Source: Paraspadella gotoi (lineage: Eukaryota; Animalia; Chaetognatha). From it: 64,000 bases of DNA. The notes beneath the pieces were generated by a model, which made no database searches, was not told the DNA's origin, and saw nothing but the letters and a program-made list of their open reading frames with translations. This document shows positions 44,042 through 56,800 of the stretch, one piece after another (positions within the stretch are counted from its first letter, which is position 1; each line of letters begins with the position of its first letter). Both the position numbers and the translations under genes were made by a program. Where the stretch lies: assembly GCA_051294375.1 (NCBI GenBank), contig CM119265.1:5627696-5691695 (forward strand), written 5' to 3'.

Positions 44042-44665
44042 ATAGAAAATCTTACTATGAATTAAATTCAAGTAGGGCGGGGGTTCAAAACTTTAGTCTT
44101 GAAGTCTACTTTAAGGTAAAAAAAAGAAAATTTTTTAAAAAAGTTCATTTAATGCTTTTATTGTTGCTATTAAAAAAATTACAATATTACTAATAATGAT
44201 AAAAAAATTTTTTTAATCAATCTAAACTTTTTTTGAATGGATTCTGAATAAGCAAAAAGTAAACTAAAAAATTTAACTACAACTTTCAAAAATATTTATG
44301 TTTTCTTGGTCAAAAATTAAAAGAAAAAGTAATAAAACTTATTGAAAAATGATGATGATGAATGATTATAAATAGTAATTTTCATATTTTTCACATACTT
44401 ATGATCAAAAAATCAAAAAAGAATTATACTTTGTGTAGACAACTTTTTGCAGCTACCTGAATCTGATCTAAAAATCAAAAAAATCCAAAAAAAATTTTTA
44501 GCCTTTCCTAATTTTATAAATAAATATTAAAAAAATTAAATAATATGGAGTATGGAGGTTAATATAAAATATTGTCTATTCAATTTTTTTTAAAATTTCT
44601 AAATTTTCGTTTGAGGAGGTGCTTAATTCAATTTCTTAACCACCTTATTGAGTTAGTCTCCCCTA
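44042..44665. other. ~620 bp AT-rich segment present only in the left arm
   Basis: The flanks CACTAAATATAA and TTATAAATA(A)GTCGA are directly adjacent in the mirrored arm (rc of 58701-58730). Confidence 0.7.
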
Positions 44666-45544
44666 TTATAAATAAGTCGAATCGTTACTTTGTGTTTAAA
44701 AAGGATTTACCATTGTTCTATAACTACTATGACATCCTACTTCTCCAATTATTTCAATCGTGCAACAAACTTTTGGGTAGGTCTTTTTCTTTTTAAATAG
44801 TAAAGAAAGATTATTCGTATCAAAGTCCGTTGAACCGTCCAAAAAGGAATGATCTTCGCGCTTATTTTTTTTTTTTTTTGTGGTGAGTTAGTGGTGTGCC
44901 GCGTTTTCGCTTCTATTTTCTTGGCGTCGAGTTTTGCCCAACCTAGTGAGAGCAGAGTTTCAACGCCCAGCTTGTGCTGATCTTCAACAAAGGTTTTATC
45001 TTTAAATTACAATCCTACGTAAACAAAGGAAGTTCCAAATTTCTGAAATTTTGACATTTTTTTCCGACTCAATATTTGATGTTCATTGGCCATCTCGGAT
45101 CTCTATAATTCTGCTGCGAAGTGTTATCGACTCGTAATTTACCTAGTTTTGACCTTGCTTTGGCGCTTTTCGCGAGGGAAAATAAATTCCTTCTTTACTT
45201 TTTCGATGAGATTCCAGTTCAGCTAATCTTGCATATTAACGAATCGTTTTATATTTAATCTTTTAATGATTATATTTCTTTTTTTCGTTGTTTTGGATAA
45301 TTAATAAAAAAAATTTTAAAACATCATCCGTTGTTTAAGAAAAATAAAAAAATTGTTGATTAAACCTTTTTAAATACAAATAATTGAAATATTTTCCGAA
45401 ACTAAATCTCATCTCTTTTAAAAGTGAAAACCACAAACCTACCAATTTTCTTGTCAGTTTGACAGACTGCTTGAAGTCCGTCAAGTTTAACGTTATGTCG
45501 TTTCGAATTTGAAATAAAAACAAAAACTAAATCGTCCTCTAAAA

Positions 45545-48500
45545 ATGGGGCGGTGGAATTGGAATAGCTGTTTCTTAACCTGGAATAAACGGTTTTATAT
45601 CCCTTGGGCTTACTTGCTCATGCTATGGTTGGTCACAGGATGAAACATGGTCCTATTTAATGGGAAACGCGATGGTCCTCTATTCCGCGTTAAGTCGATC
45701 TGTCTAAGTAACGTAACATTGGCAACAGGTATTTAAGTACAACGTTTTAAATGATATTTTCACACGGTGAAATATCTCAATATGGATATTTTAAAATTAA
45801 GTAGCGATTACTTAAAAAAAAAAAGAACAACGGAAAAGTTTGCCTCCACTTGCCCGGACAAACTCGCGTTGGATCTACGAACTGCCAAGGCCCACAAGCT
45901 TGTGGCCACTTTTCGATGCTCGTCTGTTTCGGAATCGCATCGATCCTGCAGTTTCGTCGACAGTACGTTTTCTTCATCGGCTGCTTCATGGGGTTCCACA
46001 GTGATGGTCCATATGTCCGCAGGTTTCGGACGACGATGGGTGCTTCTCGCTTCCAACCGCTTGCGGTCTGTCCATTGGGCGTCGTCACTTTTTTCGTCAA
46101 TTCATCGATATTTTACGGTCGCGTTGAAGATTCACGCAGGGTCTCGTTTTTGCGGGTACATGGTGTGGGCCCGCGCACACTGGAACCGGGAAATTATTAT
46201 TCTGTATAGTATGGTGGGACTGTAAAATCCACCAAACCGTTCATCAGCGGCCATTGGTGCCGGAGGCAAGTCATTTCACCGCCCAACCCAAAGGTCGCGG
46301 GTTCTAGCCGCGGTGGGTCGTCATGGCAGTTAAGAAGGTTGACGGGGCGCTTAAACCCGCCTGTAACATGGTGTTACAGCCTGATCCGAAAGCTCAGTGG
46401 ACTGACTTTATATTGAACGGTTCTGTCATTTACATTATCAATAATTACTGTCTCTTCATAGCGTCATCCTAACCAATGACTCACCATGCAGGCCTGGTCT
46501 CACGTCGACCTTCAAAGCGGACTCTTTCCCTCCAAATATCGCTATTTGCCCTTGAGTGTGACTTTATTGGGTCCTTGTGAAATCCGTTCTTATCCTCTGT
46601 TCGCTATTCTCATAACCAATTGGCGGCAATCTACAGAGGTTAATTTAAGTTTTAGCAGCCCGATCAAACAAATTTTAAATTATAAAAATAAATATTAGTG
46701 AAGTTACTTCTGACCTGGTTTTAGATAGTCACGAGGTTAAAGAATTCAACAACATATAATGTTTTTTTTATTATACAAGTATGTCGAATAATTTTAAACT
46801 ATTTATAATTATAATAGGTGTTCCTTCTTTCCATGAGCGTTTTTGCTCCTTCCCCCACCTTCTACTGCTGCCGGAAAGCCGTGCCCTGGCTGTAATCGCG
46901 AAATGGTCGCCGGAAAGAAGCTTAAGACATTCCTTCCAAAGTCGCCGCGAATCGTGGCGTCAAGATAAACCGAGCGGATTTGTTCGAGAGAGTGACGAGA
47001 GAAAGCACACCGGACCCCTGACGTGTCCAGGATGGGAAGTGCGAACATGACTCTTTCCTCAAGTCGGCCCTCGACGAGAGCGGTGAGTCTTCCAAAGACG
47101 ATTCGCTCGTCGACTACGAGACGGGAGAAGGAAAAGTCTTGGAATCGCGAAGATCGGTTCGCAGTACGAGACGGTCGCGGGAAAGGGCGGAAGCGGACGA
47201 AGAAATCGCCGGTCACGATAACCCGATGGGTTTCCTTCTGGAAGCGCTCAATGTTTCCGCCATTTTTTTTGGTCCTTGATGTGACCAGGTGAACGAAAAA
47301 AAAGCAAGGATATTTTTAAAAAATTTTTTTCTATCGATTTGAATCCTATACAAAACGAACGGTTATGACAAAGCTTTTGACTTCAAAGTTTTCAAAGTTT
47401 AACATTTTTTTCAATTACTTTCTTTTAAATACCTTGTCCGCCGTCAGTACGTAGAATGCTCGGTCTAATCGAAATAAAAACCTCTCCAAAAAGGGTATTA
47501 ACATCCTCAGGTTCCCAATGGGGCGTACCCAACCTGAATTTACATCGTGAATCTCCTTTTCGGTACGGGTCCTTCGGCGTCACCGCCTGATTAGTACTTA
47601 ACTCCCTCTGCCTGGCGGAATCTACCAGGAAAATTTGTCCTCGGTTTCCAATCGTTTTTTTACTTCAACCGAAGATTCTTCCTACTCTTTTTCCGGGTGG
47701 CTGCACCGCGGTTCCGTTGCTCGCTAATCGGTGAGGACCAAACCATAAAGTTTTGAAAATTTTTACCCTTTTGGACCCGATTTGCATTGATTTCTTTTTA
47801 TTGCGAAATTAACATAAAATAAACAAATCAATCGAATAAATCAAAAAAATCCAATTATATTTAATTGTAATCTAGGAATGAATTATTCCGTGTCAATTTA
47901 ATCAATCGTATTGAATCAATAAGGTTTTTCGCGCCTCGCAAATTTGACGACGTGGACGCGGAAAGTTGAGCCAGGAATTTAGAATCGCCAATGTGCATGA
48001 CTCGCGATCGGGATTTTGGATCCTTCTTCGAAAATTCGCAGATCTTCAGTCAAGAAGTCCATCCCGACGCTGCTTAGAGCTAGGTAATGTTGAAGATAGC
48101 AACCGTCACCATACGAACTTTTCGCTTGTTTAAATTCTTATACAAAATTTAATGCGGCTAGGTTAAATCCTCTTATTTGAGGCTCAACGATCCCAAAATA
48201 AAGCTTTGGCTTTAATAAAACCATTAAGTCGCAAATGGTTTCGTTTTCTTTGGCATTTAACAATCGTAAATAAAACTGTATAGTGTATACCAGCAGGGGC
48301 GGCGAGAGAAATGGCGGGTCCCTCCATGCCTCCGCCCTCCAATAATTAGTGGAACAGAACAGGGGAGATTTTTGTATATATTACAGGTTTTTGGCCCACT
48401 TAAGCTTCCAAACCTAATTTTATTCCTTGTAGATTTTTGCACTGGCGAAGCCATTTCGCTTATCAAAAATTAAAGAATCAATCCAAATCATGGATTAATA

Positions 48501-49684
48501 ACAAAATAATCAGAGCAGAACGTCAAAATGAGATCTATGCAAAGACAGAGCTCAAAGCTGTACAAAATTAATGTATTTTAACTCTCCGATTACGAATATT
48601 TCAAAAAGTTAAAATGTTTCTATCAAATGTTACCTAATGTTCCCGTGGGGCAATCTCCACTACACAAAGATAAATAAAATTTACTTACTTTATACTATCT
48701 TTAAACAAACCAATTAAAAACGAATTTCGACATTTGAGAAACTACCTTTGAACCTTTGGAAGGAAAGGCCTCGTCGCAATCAGAATTAAAACCAAATAAT
48801 AACCAATGAAAGATAAAAGAACAGAGGACGAGTTGAGAAATTAAAGCTACTAAGGTTATTGGTATCTATATAAAACCGAATATTAAAACTTCGAAAATTA
48901 ATTAAATATTCTATAACTATATTTAACAGGACATTCTGCCTTGAGATTGCTCCAATGCTCAAACTATTCTCATAATTCTTCATTTTTTTTCTTCTTCCTT
49001 CTTCTTTTTTCTGCTTTTTCTCTTTTTTTCTTCTTTTTTTCCTCTTCTCAGAGGCGAGGGTGTCCCCCCCTGGTAATAAAGTATAGTCTCCGATTCGGCT
49101 TTGCCATACCCTAATGGACATAGTATTGGCTATTTTGTTTCTTCACCAACATATTTTTTATTCTTTGACTTTCTGACAGAAACGATCTCAAAACTCTCGT
49201 ACTTTGACTTTTGTTTTTCAGGTCTTCATCTGACGTCGCTTTTATGCTTCGCCGGAGTAGCTTCGGCCAGCGCCAGTTACATTGCATTTTTTCATGGTGA
49301 GTTAAATGTAGACTTCATTTGAATTCTTAACTCGAAAAATTTTTAATAACTAATGGTTATATAGATCGTAATTATTTTTCTTAAAGAGCACCCAATGACG
49401 ATCATCAATAGGGAGATCAGCCTCGGTGTCTAGTGCGCGGTTAGTTTGTGCATGTTCTGGGTTTGTCTTAGCCGTTCCAAGCGAAGCCAGAGGAAGAAGC
49501 GTCTGCCTAGGTAACGGCGAATATATTGTGCCTAATTGACGATCGGCCGGCCGTTTAAGGAACGAGTGAGTGCGAGTCGTGTGAGAACACTTCTCATTGA
49601 TTTTAGACGCTCACGAATTTTGGCTCGCAATGCGAAAAACAACTGGAAACATTTTTCCATTTAGAAGTAGAAAAGAAAATTTAA
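45545..49684 (+). pseudogene. Full-length frameshifted copy of the SLC22-like gene at 53890-57871; probably raw-read artefact
   Basis: Runs from ATGGGGCGGTGGAATTGG at 45545 to AAGAAAATTTAA at 49684. All 9 exons and introns are colinear, with dense single-base indels and few substitutions. Confidence 0.6.
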
Positions 49685-51056
49685 AATTGTTAACAATAAC
49701 CAATAATAATAATAAAGAGTGAGATTTTAATTGTAATAATCAAAATGGATATTTCATCGCATCAAATTGTCGCCTGCAAAAATTACAAATGCCAGAATAG
49801 GTGAAGAGCAAGAAACAACCGCTATTTTAACTCATGCCGTTTTAAGGAAACTTATAACAAACGAATACACGTGTAAAAATGGAGAAAAAAAAAATTTTTA
49901 AAAATTTAATTAAATTTTTTTAATTTTCTTTTGAAAACAAAATTTATTAATTATGTTAATTGAATATCATACCGGAGTTAGGTGAAAAAAAGTTAGTAAA
50001 AAAATAAAAAGAATACCAAATAATTTTCACAGATAAATCTTTTGCTTTAAATTGATTTAAGAATGAAAATGTTAAATCTATTGAACTCGAGAAAGCTCCG
50101 AAGTGATGACCGACCTGACAGCGACAAGTGGGCAAAGCCTGATTCAGCGGCGATCAACATTTAACTCAGGCCTCGGCTCCGGTCAGCGTTTAAATATTAT
50201 TAGACACCATTTGTAAAAAGACATTTATTTGATATATATGAGCGGAATTGCCTAAGTTTAACCGTTCTCCGAAACGGAACGTGTATGTCATAAAAACTCG
50301 AATAGCGTTTCCTCTCTCTCTTACTCTCTCTCTCTTCTCTCTCGTCTACTCCTCTCTCTCTCCTCTCTCCTAAGTTCTCTCATCTCTCTCCAATCTTCCT
50401 CTCTCTCATCTCTCTCTCTCAGAAAGACTTTCGTGCCAGATGGTGGCCCCCCCTCCGCGACTTTGTTGATGCTATTGATGTAAAAGCGTCTGCTCTCTAT
50501 CTCTCGAGCTTGCACGATCTAATGTTCCTGGGTCATCGACCGCTAGAGGGCGAGAGCGAATATGGGACATGATGAGACATTTTACAATATTTTCTTAGCG
50601 TGATAACTGTATGTAGCGAAATGAGACAAGTTCATTGCGGTTTACTAGAAATTTTTGCTTATCGTTAAACTTCGTACACACCAGGTGTAAGATTAAGAGG
50701 TGATGTTTGGTGTTCTCAATGTTGTGTTTTTTTTTGTCTCATTAGCCTTTGGTTTTTTTCATTTTTATCCTTTTTTTTTTCTTTTTCCAATTCTTATCGG
50801 TTGAGAGTTCCGGCGAATTGTACAGATCATCGAACTCTCGCGTCGGCAGAGATTTCTTCAAAAGCCACACAGAGCAACGTTCTCCGCGATACAAAATGAA
50901 ATAATAAAACATAAAAAAAAAAGAGCATTTATCTTTTAGTAGAGATCTGCTCGATTTTGGAGAGGATACTCTTATAACTTAAGAAGAAAGAATTAAATCC
51001 AAAGAAAAAGGATTAGAAAAGTGGCCGAACACGGACACAGAGCAGAGAGAGAGGAG

Positions 51057-51087
<31 letters not shown>

Positions 51088-51717
51088 TGTAGAATGTTTG
51101 TGCATAAGAAAGAATTCTATGGCAAGAGAATAGTTTGAACGGTTATGGCATAGTAAGAAGCCGTGGCTGGCGAAAAGAATGGTTCCGGTCGTTCAGCCAT
51201 TAGTCAAAACCAATTCTTAATTGTTAAAAAATTCGAAAACGTGTAAAGCTTTGTCATTGCGAGTTTCGGGTTGCTATCCAAGGAGATGGAAAGAGAGAGA
51301 GAAGAGAGGAGACGAGAGAGAGAAAAGAGAGAGAGAGAGAAGAGAGAGCAGAGGAGAGAGAAGAAGAGAGAGAAGAGAGAGAGAACGTTTTTTCCGCAAA
51401 TCCGTGCTGCACGCGCACGAAAGACATAAAGTCACGTCGTAAATCTACCTAATTTTAGCCCCTCTTTTCCATTCCCCACCGCGATATCCCGCTTCCCCAC
51501 CTCTTTCTTTCCGACGGAGGTCCGCCATAATTGCGAAGGGGCTCCTGTTACAAAACCGCTTGCAATTTTTTTTCTCCTCAGCTCTCTCTCTTCCTTGGTC
51601 GTAACTTGGATTTTATAGGGGGCTCTCTCTACCTCAGGGCCTCTGGGGTTGAGGGAAATGTGGGGAGGGGAAGAAGGAACAAGGATTAAAGCAGCTAGAG
51701 AGAGAGAGCAGAATAGG

Positions 51718-51781
<64 letters not shown>

Positions 51782-52675
51782 AGACAATCGAGAGCACGTT
51801 CCTTGATTCGGGAGATAAACCTTGATAAAAGTGAGAAACGAACCAGATAGAGAAACAATTTACCTTATAGTCGATGAGTTCAATTTTTTTGAAACTGGGC
51901 CGAGAAAGTCTCATTTTTTTTTCAAAACACAGTTGTATACTACAAAATAGAAAGGAAAACTATTTAAGTGAACATAAAAGAATTAGGGGTAAGAAAATTC
52001 CTTCCTTTCGTTGTTATAATGATTTGGCGCGAAAATGATTTTTATTTCAACAAACGATTTTATTTATTTTTTTTTTTTACGTTTATATGATAAATAAAAT
52101 TCTCGTTGTGAAATAAAAATTCATATCTTTTCGCCCAAGAGAGCTTAGTAAACGTTTTGAAAAAAAATGAGACTTTCTCGGCCCCAGTTTCAAAAATGAA
52201 CTCATCGACTATAAGTAATTGTTTCTCTATCTTTCGTTCTCACTTTATCAAAGGTTTATCTCCCGAATCAAGGAACGTGCTCTCGATTTGTCTCTNNNNN
52301 NNNNNNNNNNNNNNNNNNNNNNNNNNNNNNNNNNNNNNNNNNNNNNNNNNNNNNNNNNNNNNNNNNNNNNNNNNNNNNNNNNNNNNNNNNNNNNNNNNNN
52401 NNNNNNNNNNNNNNNNNNNNNNNNNNNNNNNNNNNNNNNNNNNNNNNNNNNNNNNNNNNNNNNNNNNNNNNNNNNNNNNNNNNNNNNNNNNNNNNNNNNN
52501 NNNNCAACCCCAGAGGCCCTGAGGTAGAGAGAGCCCCCTATAAATCCAAGTTACGACCAAGGAAGAGAGAGAGCTGAGAGAGAAAANNNNNNNNNNTCGC
52601 CAGCCACCTTCTTACTATGCCATAACCGTTTCAACTATTCTCTCCATAGAATTCTTTTCTTATCACAAACATCTA

Positions 52676-52716
<41 letters not shown>

Positions 52717-53268
52717 CCGTGTTTCGGCCACGTTTTCTAATCCTTTTTTCTTTGGATTTATTCTTTCTCTTAAGTTATAAATATCCTCTCCAAATCGAGC
52801 AGATCTCTACTAAAAAGATAAATGCTCTTTTTTTTATGTTTTATTTATTTCATTTTGTATCGGGAGACGTTGCTCTGTGTGGCTTTGAAATCTCTGCCGA
52901 CGGAACTTTCGCTGATCTTTCAATTTCGCCGGAAAACCGATAAGAATGGAAAAAGAAAAAAAAAGGATAAAAATGAAAAAAACCAATGCAATGGAGACAA
53001 AAAAATACAAACATGAGAAACCAACATCTTTTACCACCTTTTACGAAGTTTGAACGATAAGCAAAAATTTCTAGTAACCGCTGGAACTAAGCTCATTTCG
53101 CTAATACGTACGCTAAAAATGTAAAATGTTATCATGTCCGCACATATTCGCTTCTCGCCCTCTAGCGGTCGATGACCCAGGAAATTAGATCGTGCAACTC
53201 GGAAAGGCCAACGCTTTTACATCAACATCAACAAAGTCGCGGAGCCACCATCTGGCACGAAAGTCTTT

Positions 53269-53341
<73 letters not shown>

Positions 53342-53889
53342 GCATCGAGTTTTTATGCTACACGTCCGTTTCGAGAACGGTAAAACTAGGCAATCCGCCA
53401 TATAATCAAATAAATGTCTTTTTACAAATGGTGTCTAATAATATTTAAACGCTGACCGAGCGAGGCCGAATTAAATGTGACGCCGCGATCGGCGCCACTG
53501 TCGGTCGGTCAGTCATTCACTTCGGAGCTCTCGAAAGTTCTAGATTTAACATTCATGTCTTAAATCAATTTTAAAGCATATTTATCTGTTGAAAAATTAT
53601 TGGTATTCTTTTATTTTTTTTACTAACTTTTTTCCACTAACTCCGGTATGATATTCAATTAACATAATTACATAATGTAATTAATATATTAATTTTTTTC
53701 TCCATTTTTACGTGTAGTTCTTTGTTATAAAGTTCCTTAAAACGGCATGATTAAAATAGCTTGTTTTCTGCTCTTCACCTATTCTGGCATTTGTAATTTT
53801 TGAGGCGACAATTGATGCGATGAAATATCCATTTTGATATTACAATTAAAATCTCACTCTTTATTATTATTATTGTTATTGTTAACAAT

Positions 53890-56800
53890 TTAAATTTTCT
53901 TTCTACTTCTAAAATGGAAAATGTTTCCAGTTGTTTTTCGCATTGCGAGCAAATCGTTGAGCGTCTAAAATCAAAGAAGTTTTACACGCGATAAGTTTTT
54001 AAACCGCCGATCGTAAAGGCAGATTTTCGGTTACCTGAGGCAGGGGTTCGCCCCTGGTTTCTGGAACGGCTAAGGCCAAACAAGAAATGCAAAAACCGGC
54101 TACACCGAGGCTGAGCTCTATGATGATCGCATGGGTGCTCTTTAAGAAAAATTAATTAGATCTATATAACCATTAGTTATAAAATTTTCGAGTTAAGAAT
54201 TCAAATGAAAGTCTACATTAAACTCACCATGAAAAATGCAATGTAACTGGCGCTGGCCGAAGCTACTCCGGCGAACATAAAAGCGATCAGATAAGACCTG
54301 AAAAAAACAAAGTCAAAGTTCGAGAGTTTTTGAGATCGTTTCTGTCGAAAGTCAAAGAATAAAAAATATGTTGGTGAAGAAACAAAATAGCCAATTACTA
54401 TGTCATTAGGGTATGGCAAAGGCGGAAGTCGGAGACTATACTTTATACCAGGGGGGGACACCCTCGCCTCTGAGAAGAGAGAAAAAAAGAAGAAAAAAAG
54501 AAGAAAAAAGAAGAAAAAAGAAGAAGGAAGAAGAAAAAAAATGGAAGAATTATGAGAAGTTTGAGCATTGGAGCAATTCTCAAGGCAGAATGTCTGTTAA
54601 ATAGTTTATAAATATTTAATTAATTTTCGAAGTTAATATTCGGTTTTATATAGATACCAATAACCTTAGTAGCGTTAATTTCTCAAACTCGTCCTCTGTT
54701 CTATTATTTCATTGGTTATTATTTGGTTTTTAATTCTGATTGGACGAGGCCTTTCCTTCAAAGGTTCAAAGGTAGTATTCTCAAAAGTCGAAATCGTTTT
54801 TAATTGGTTTTTAAAGAAGTATAAAGTAAGTAAATTTTAATCTTTTAGGAGATTGCCCAGGAACATTAGGTAAACATGATGAAACATTTTAACTTTTTGA
54901 AATATTCTAATCATTAAAATTATTATTTTGTACAGCTTTGAGCTCTGTCTTTTGATAGATCTCATTTTGACGTTCTGCTCTGATTATTTTGTTATTAAAA
55001 TCTCATGATTTGGATTGATTCTTAATTTTGATAGCGAAATGGCTTCGCCCAGTGAAATCTACAAGGATAAATTAGGTTTGAGCTAAGTGCTCAAACAATG
55101 TATATAATACAATCTCCCACAATGTCTGTAATCAAACCAAAAACTAAAATTATGGAGAGCGGGGGGGGGGGCAGTGGAGGGACCCGCCATTTCTCTCGCC
55201 GCCCCTGCTGTATACACTATACAGTTTTATTTACTATTGTTAAATGCCAAAGAAAACGAAACATTTGCGACTTAATGGTTTTATTAAAGCCAAAGCTTAT
55301 TTTGGGATCGTGAGCCCTCAAATAAGAGGATTTTAACCTAGCCGCATTAAATTTTGTATAAAAGAATTAAACAGCGAAAAGTTCGTCATGGTACGTTGCT
55401 CATCTTCAACATTACCTAGCTCTAAGCAGCGTCGGGATGGACTCTTGACTGAAGATCTGCGAACTTTCGAAGAGGATCCAAATCCCGATCCGCGAGATCA
55501 TGCACATGGCGATTCTAAATCCTGGCAATTCCGCGTCCACGTCGTCAATTGCGAGGCGCGAAAAACCTTATTGATTCAATACGATTGATTAATTGACGGG
55601 AATAATTCATTCGCTAGATTACAAGTTAATATAATTGGATTTTTTTGATTTATTCGATTGATTTGTTTATTTTTTGTTTAATTTCGCAATAAAAAGAATC
55701 AATGCAAATCGGGTCAAAAGGGTAAAAAATTTCAAAACTTTATGGTTTGGTCTCACCGATAGCGAGCAACGGAACCGCGGTGAGCCACCCGAAAAAGAGT
55801 AGAGAGAATCTTCGGTTGAAGTAATAAACGATTGGAACCGAGACAAATTTTCCTGGTAGATCCGCCAGGCAGAGGAGTAAGTACATAATCAGGCGGTGAC
55901 CGCCGAAGGACCCGTACGAAAAGGAGATCACGATGTAAATCAGGTTGGCGTACGCCCATTGGGAACCTGAGGATGTTAATACCCTTTTTGAGAGGTTTTT
56001 ATTTCGATTAGACCGAGATTCTACGTACTGAGGCGACAGGTATTTAAAGAAAGTATTGAAAAAAATGTTAAACTTTGAAAATTTTGAAGTCAAAAGCTTT
56101 GTCATAACCGTCGTTTTGTATAGGTCAAATCGATAGAAAAAAATTTTTAAAAATATCCTTGCTCTTTTTTTCGTTCACCTGTCAACATCAAGGACCAAAA
56201 AAATGGCGGAAACTTGAGCGCTTCCCAGAAGGAAACCATCGGGTTATCGGTGACCGGGATTTCTTCGTCCGTTCCGCCCTTTCCGGCGACCGTCTCCGTC
56301 TGCGAACCGAGTCTCGCGATCCAAGACTTTTTCCTCTCCGCCGTCTCGTAGTCGACGAGCGAATCGGCTTTGGAAGACACCGCTCCGTCGAGGGCCGACT
56401 TGAGGAAAGAGTCTGTCGCACTTCCCATCCTGGACACGTCAGGTCCGGTGCTTTCTCTCGTCACTCTCTCGAACAAATCCGCTCGGTTTATCTTGACGCC
56501 ACGATTCGCGGCGACTTTGGACAGAATGTCGTAAGCTTCTTTCCGGCGACCCTTTCGGATCAGCCAGGGCACGCTTTCCGGCAGCATGTAGAAGGTGGGA
56601 AGGAGCAAAACGCTCATGGAAAGAAGCACACCTATTTATAATTATAAATAGTTAAATTTATTCGACATACTGTAAATAAAAAAAACATTATGTTGTTGAA
56701 TTTTTTAACCTCGTGACTATTTAAAACCAGGTCAGAAGTAAACTTCACTAATAATTTATTTTTATAATTTTAAAATTTTGTTTGATCGGGCTGCTAAAAC

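Noticed and set aside
42135-49684. Genuine SLC22 pseudogenes or antisense hairpin-RNA (endo-siRNA) locus
   Set aside because: The differences are dense 1-bp indels spread evenly over exons and introns, starting exactly at a 25-N gap. This fits uncorrected long-read error better than evolutionary decay.
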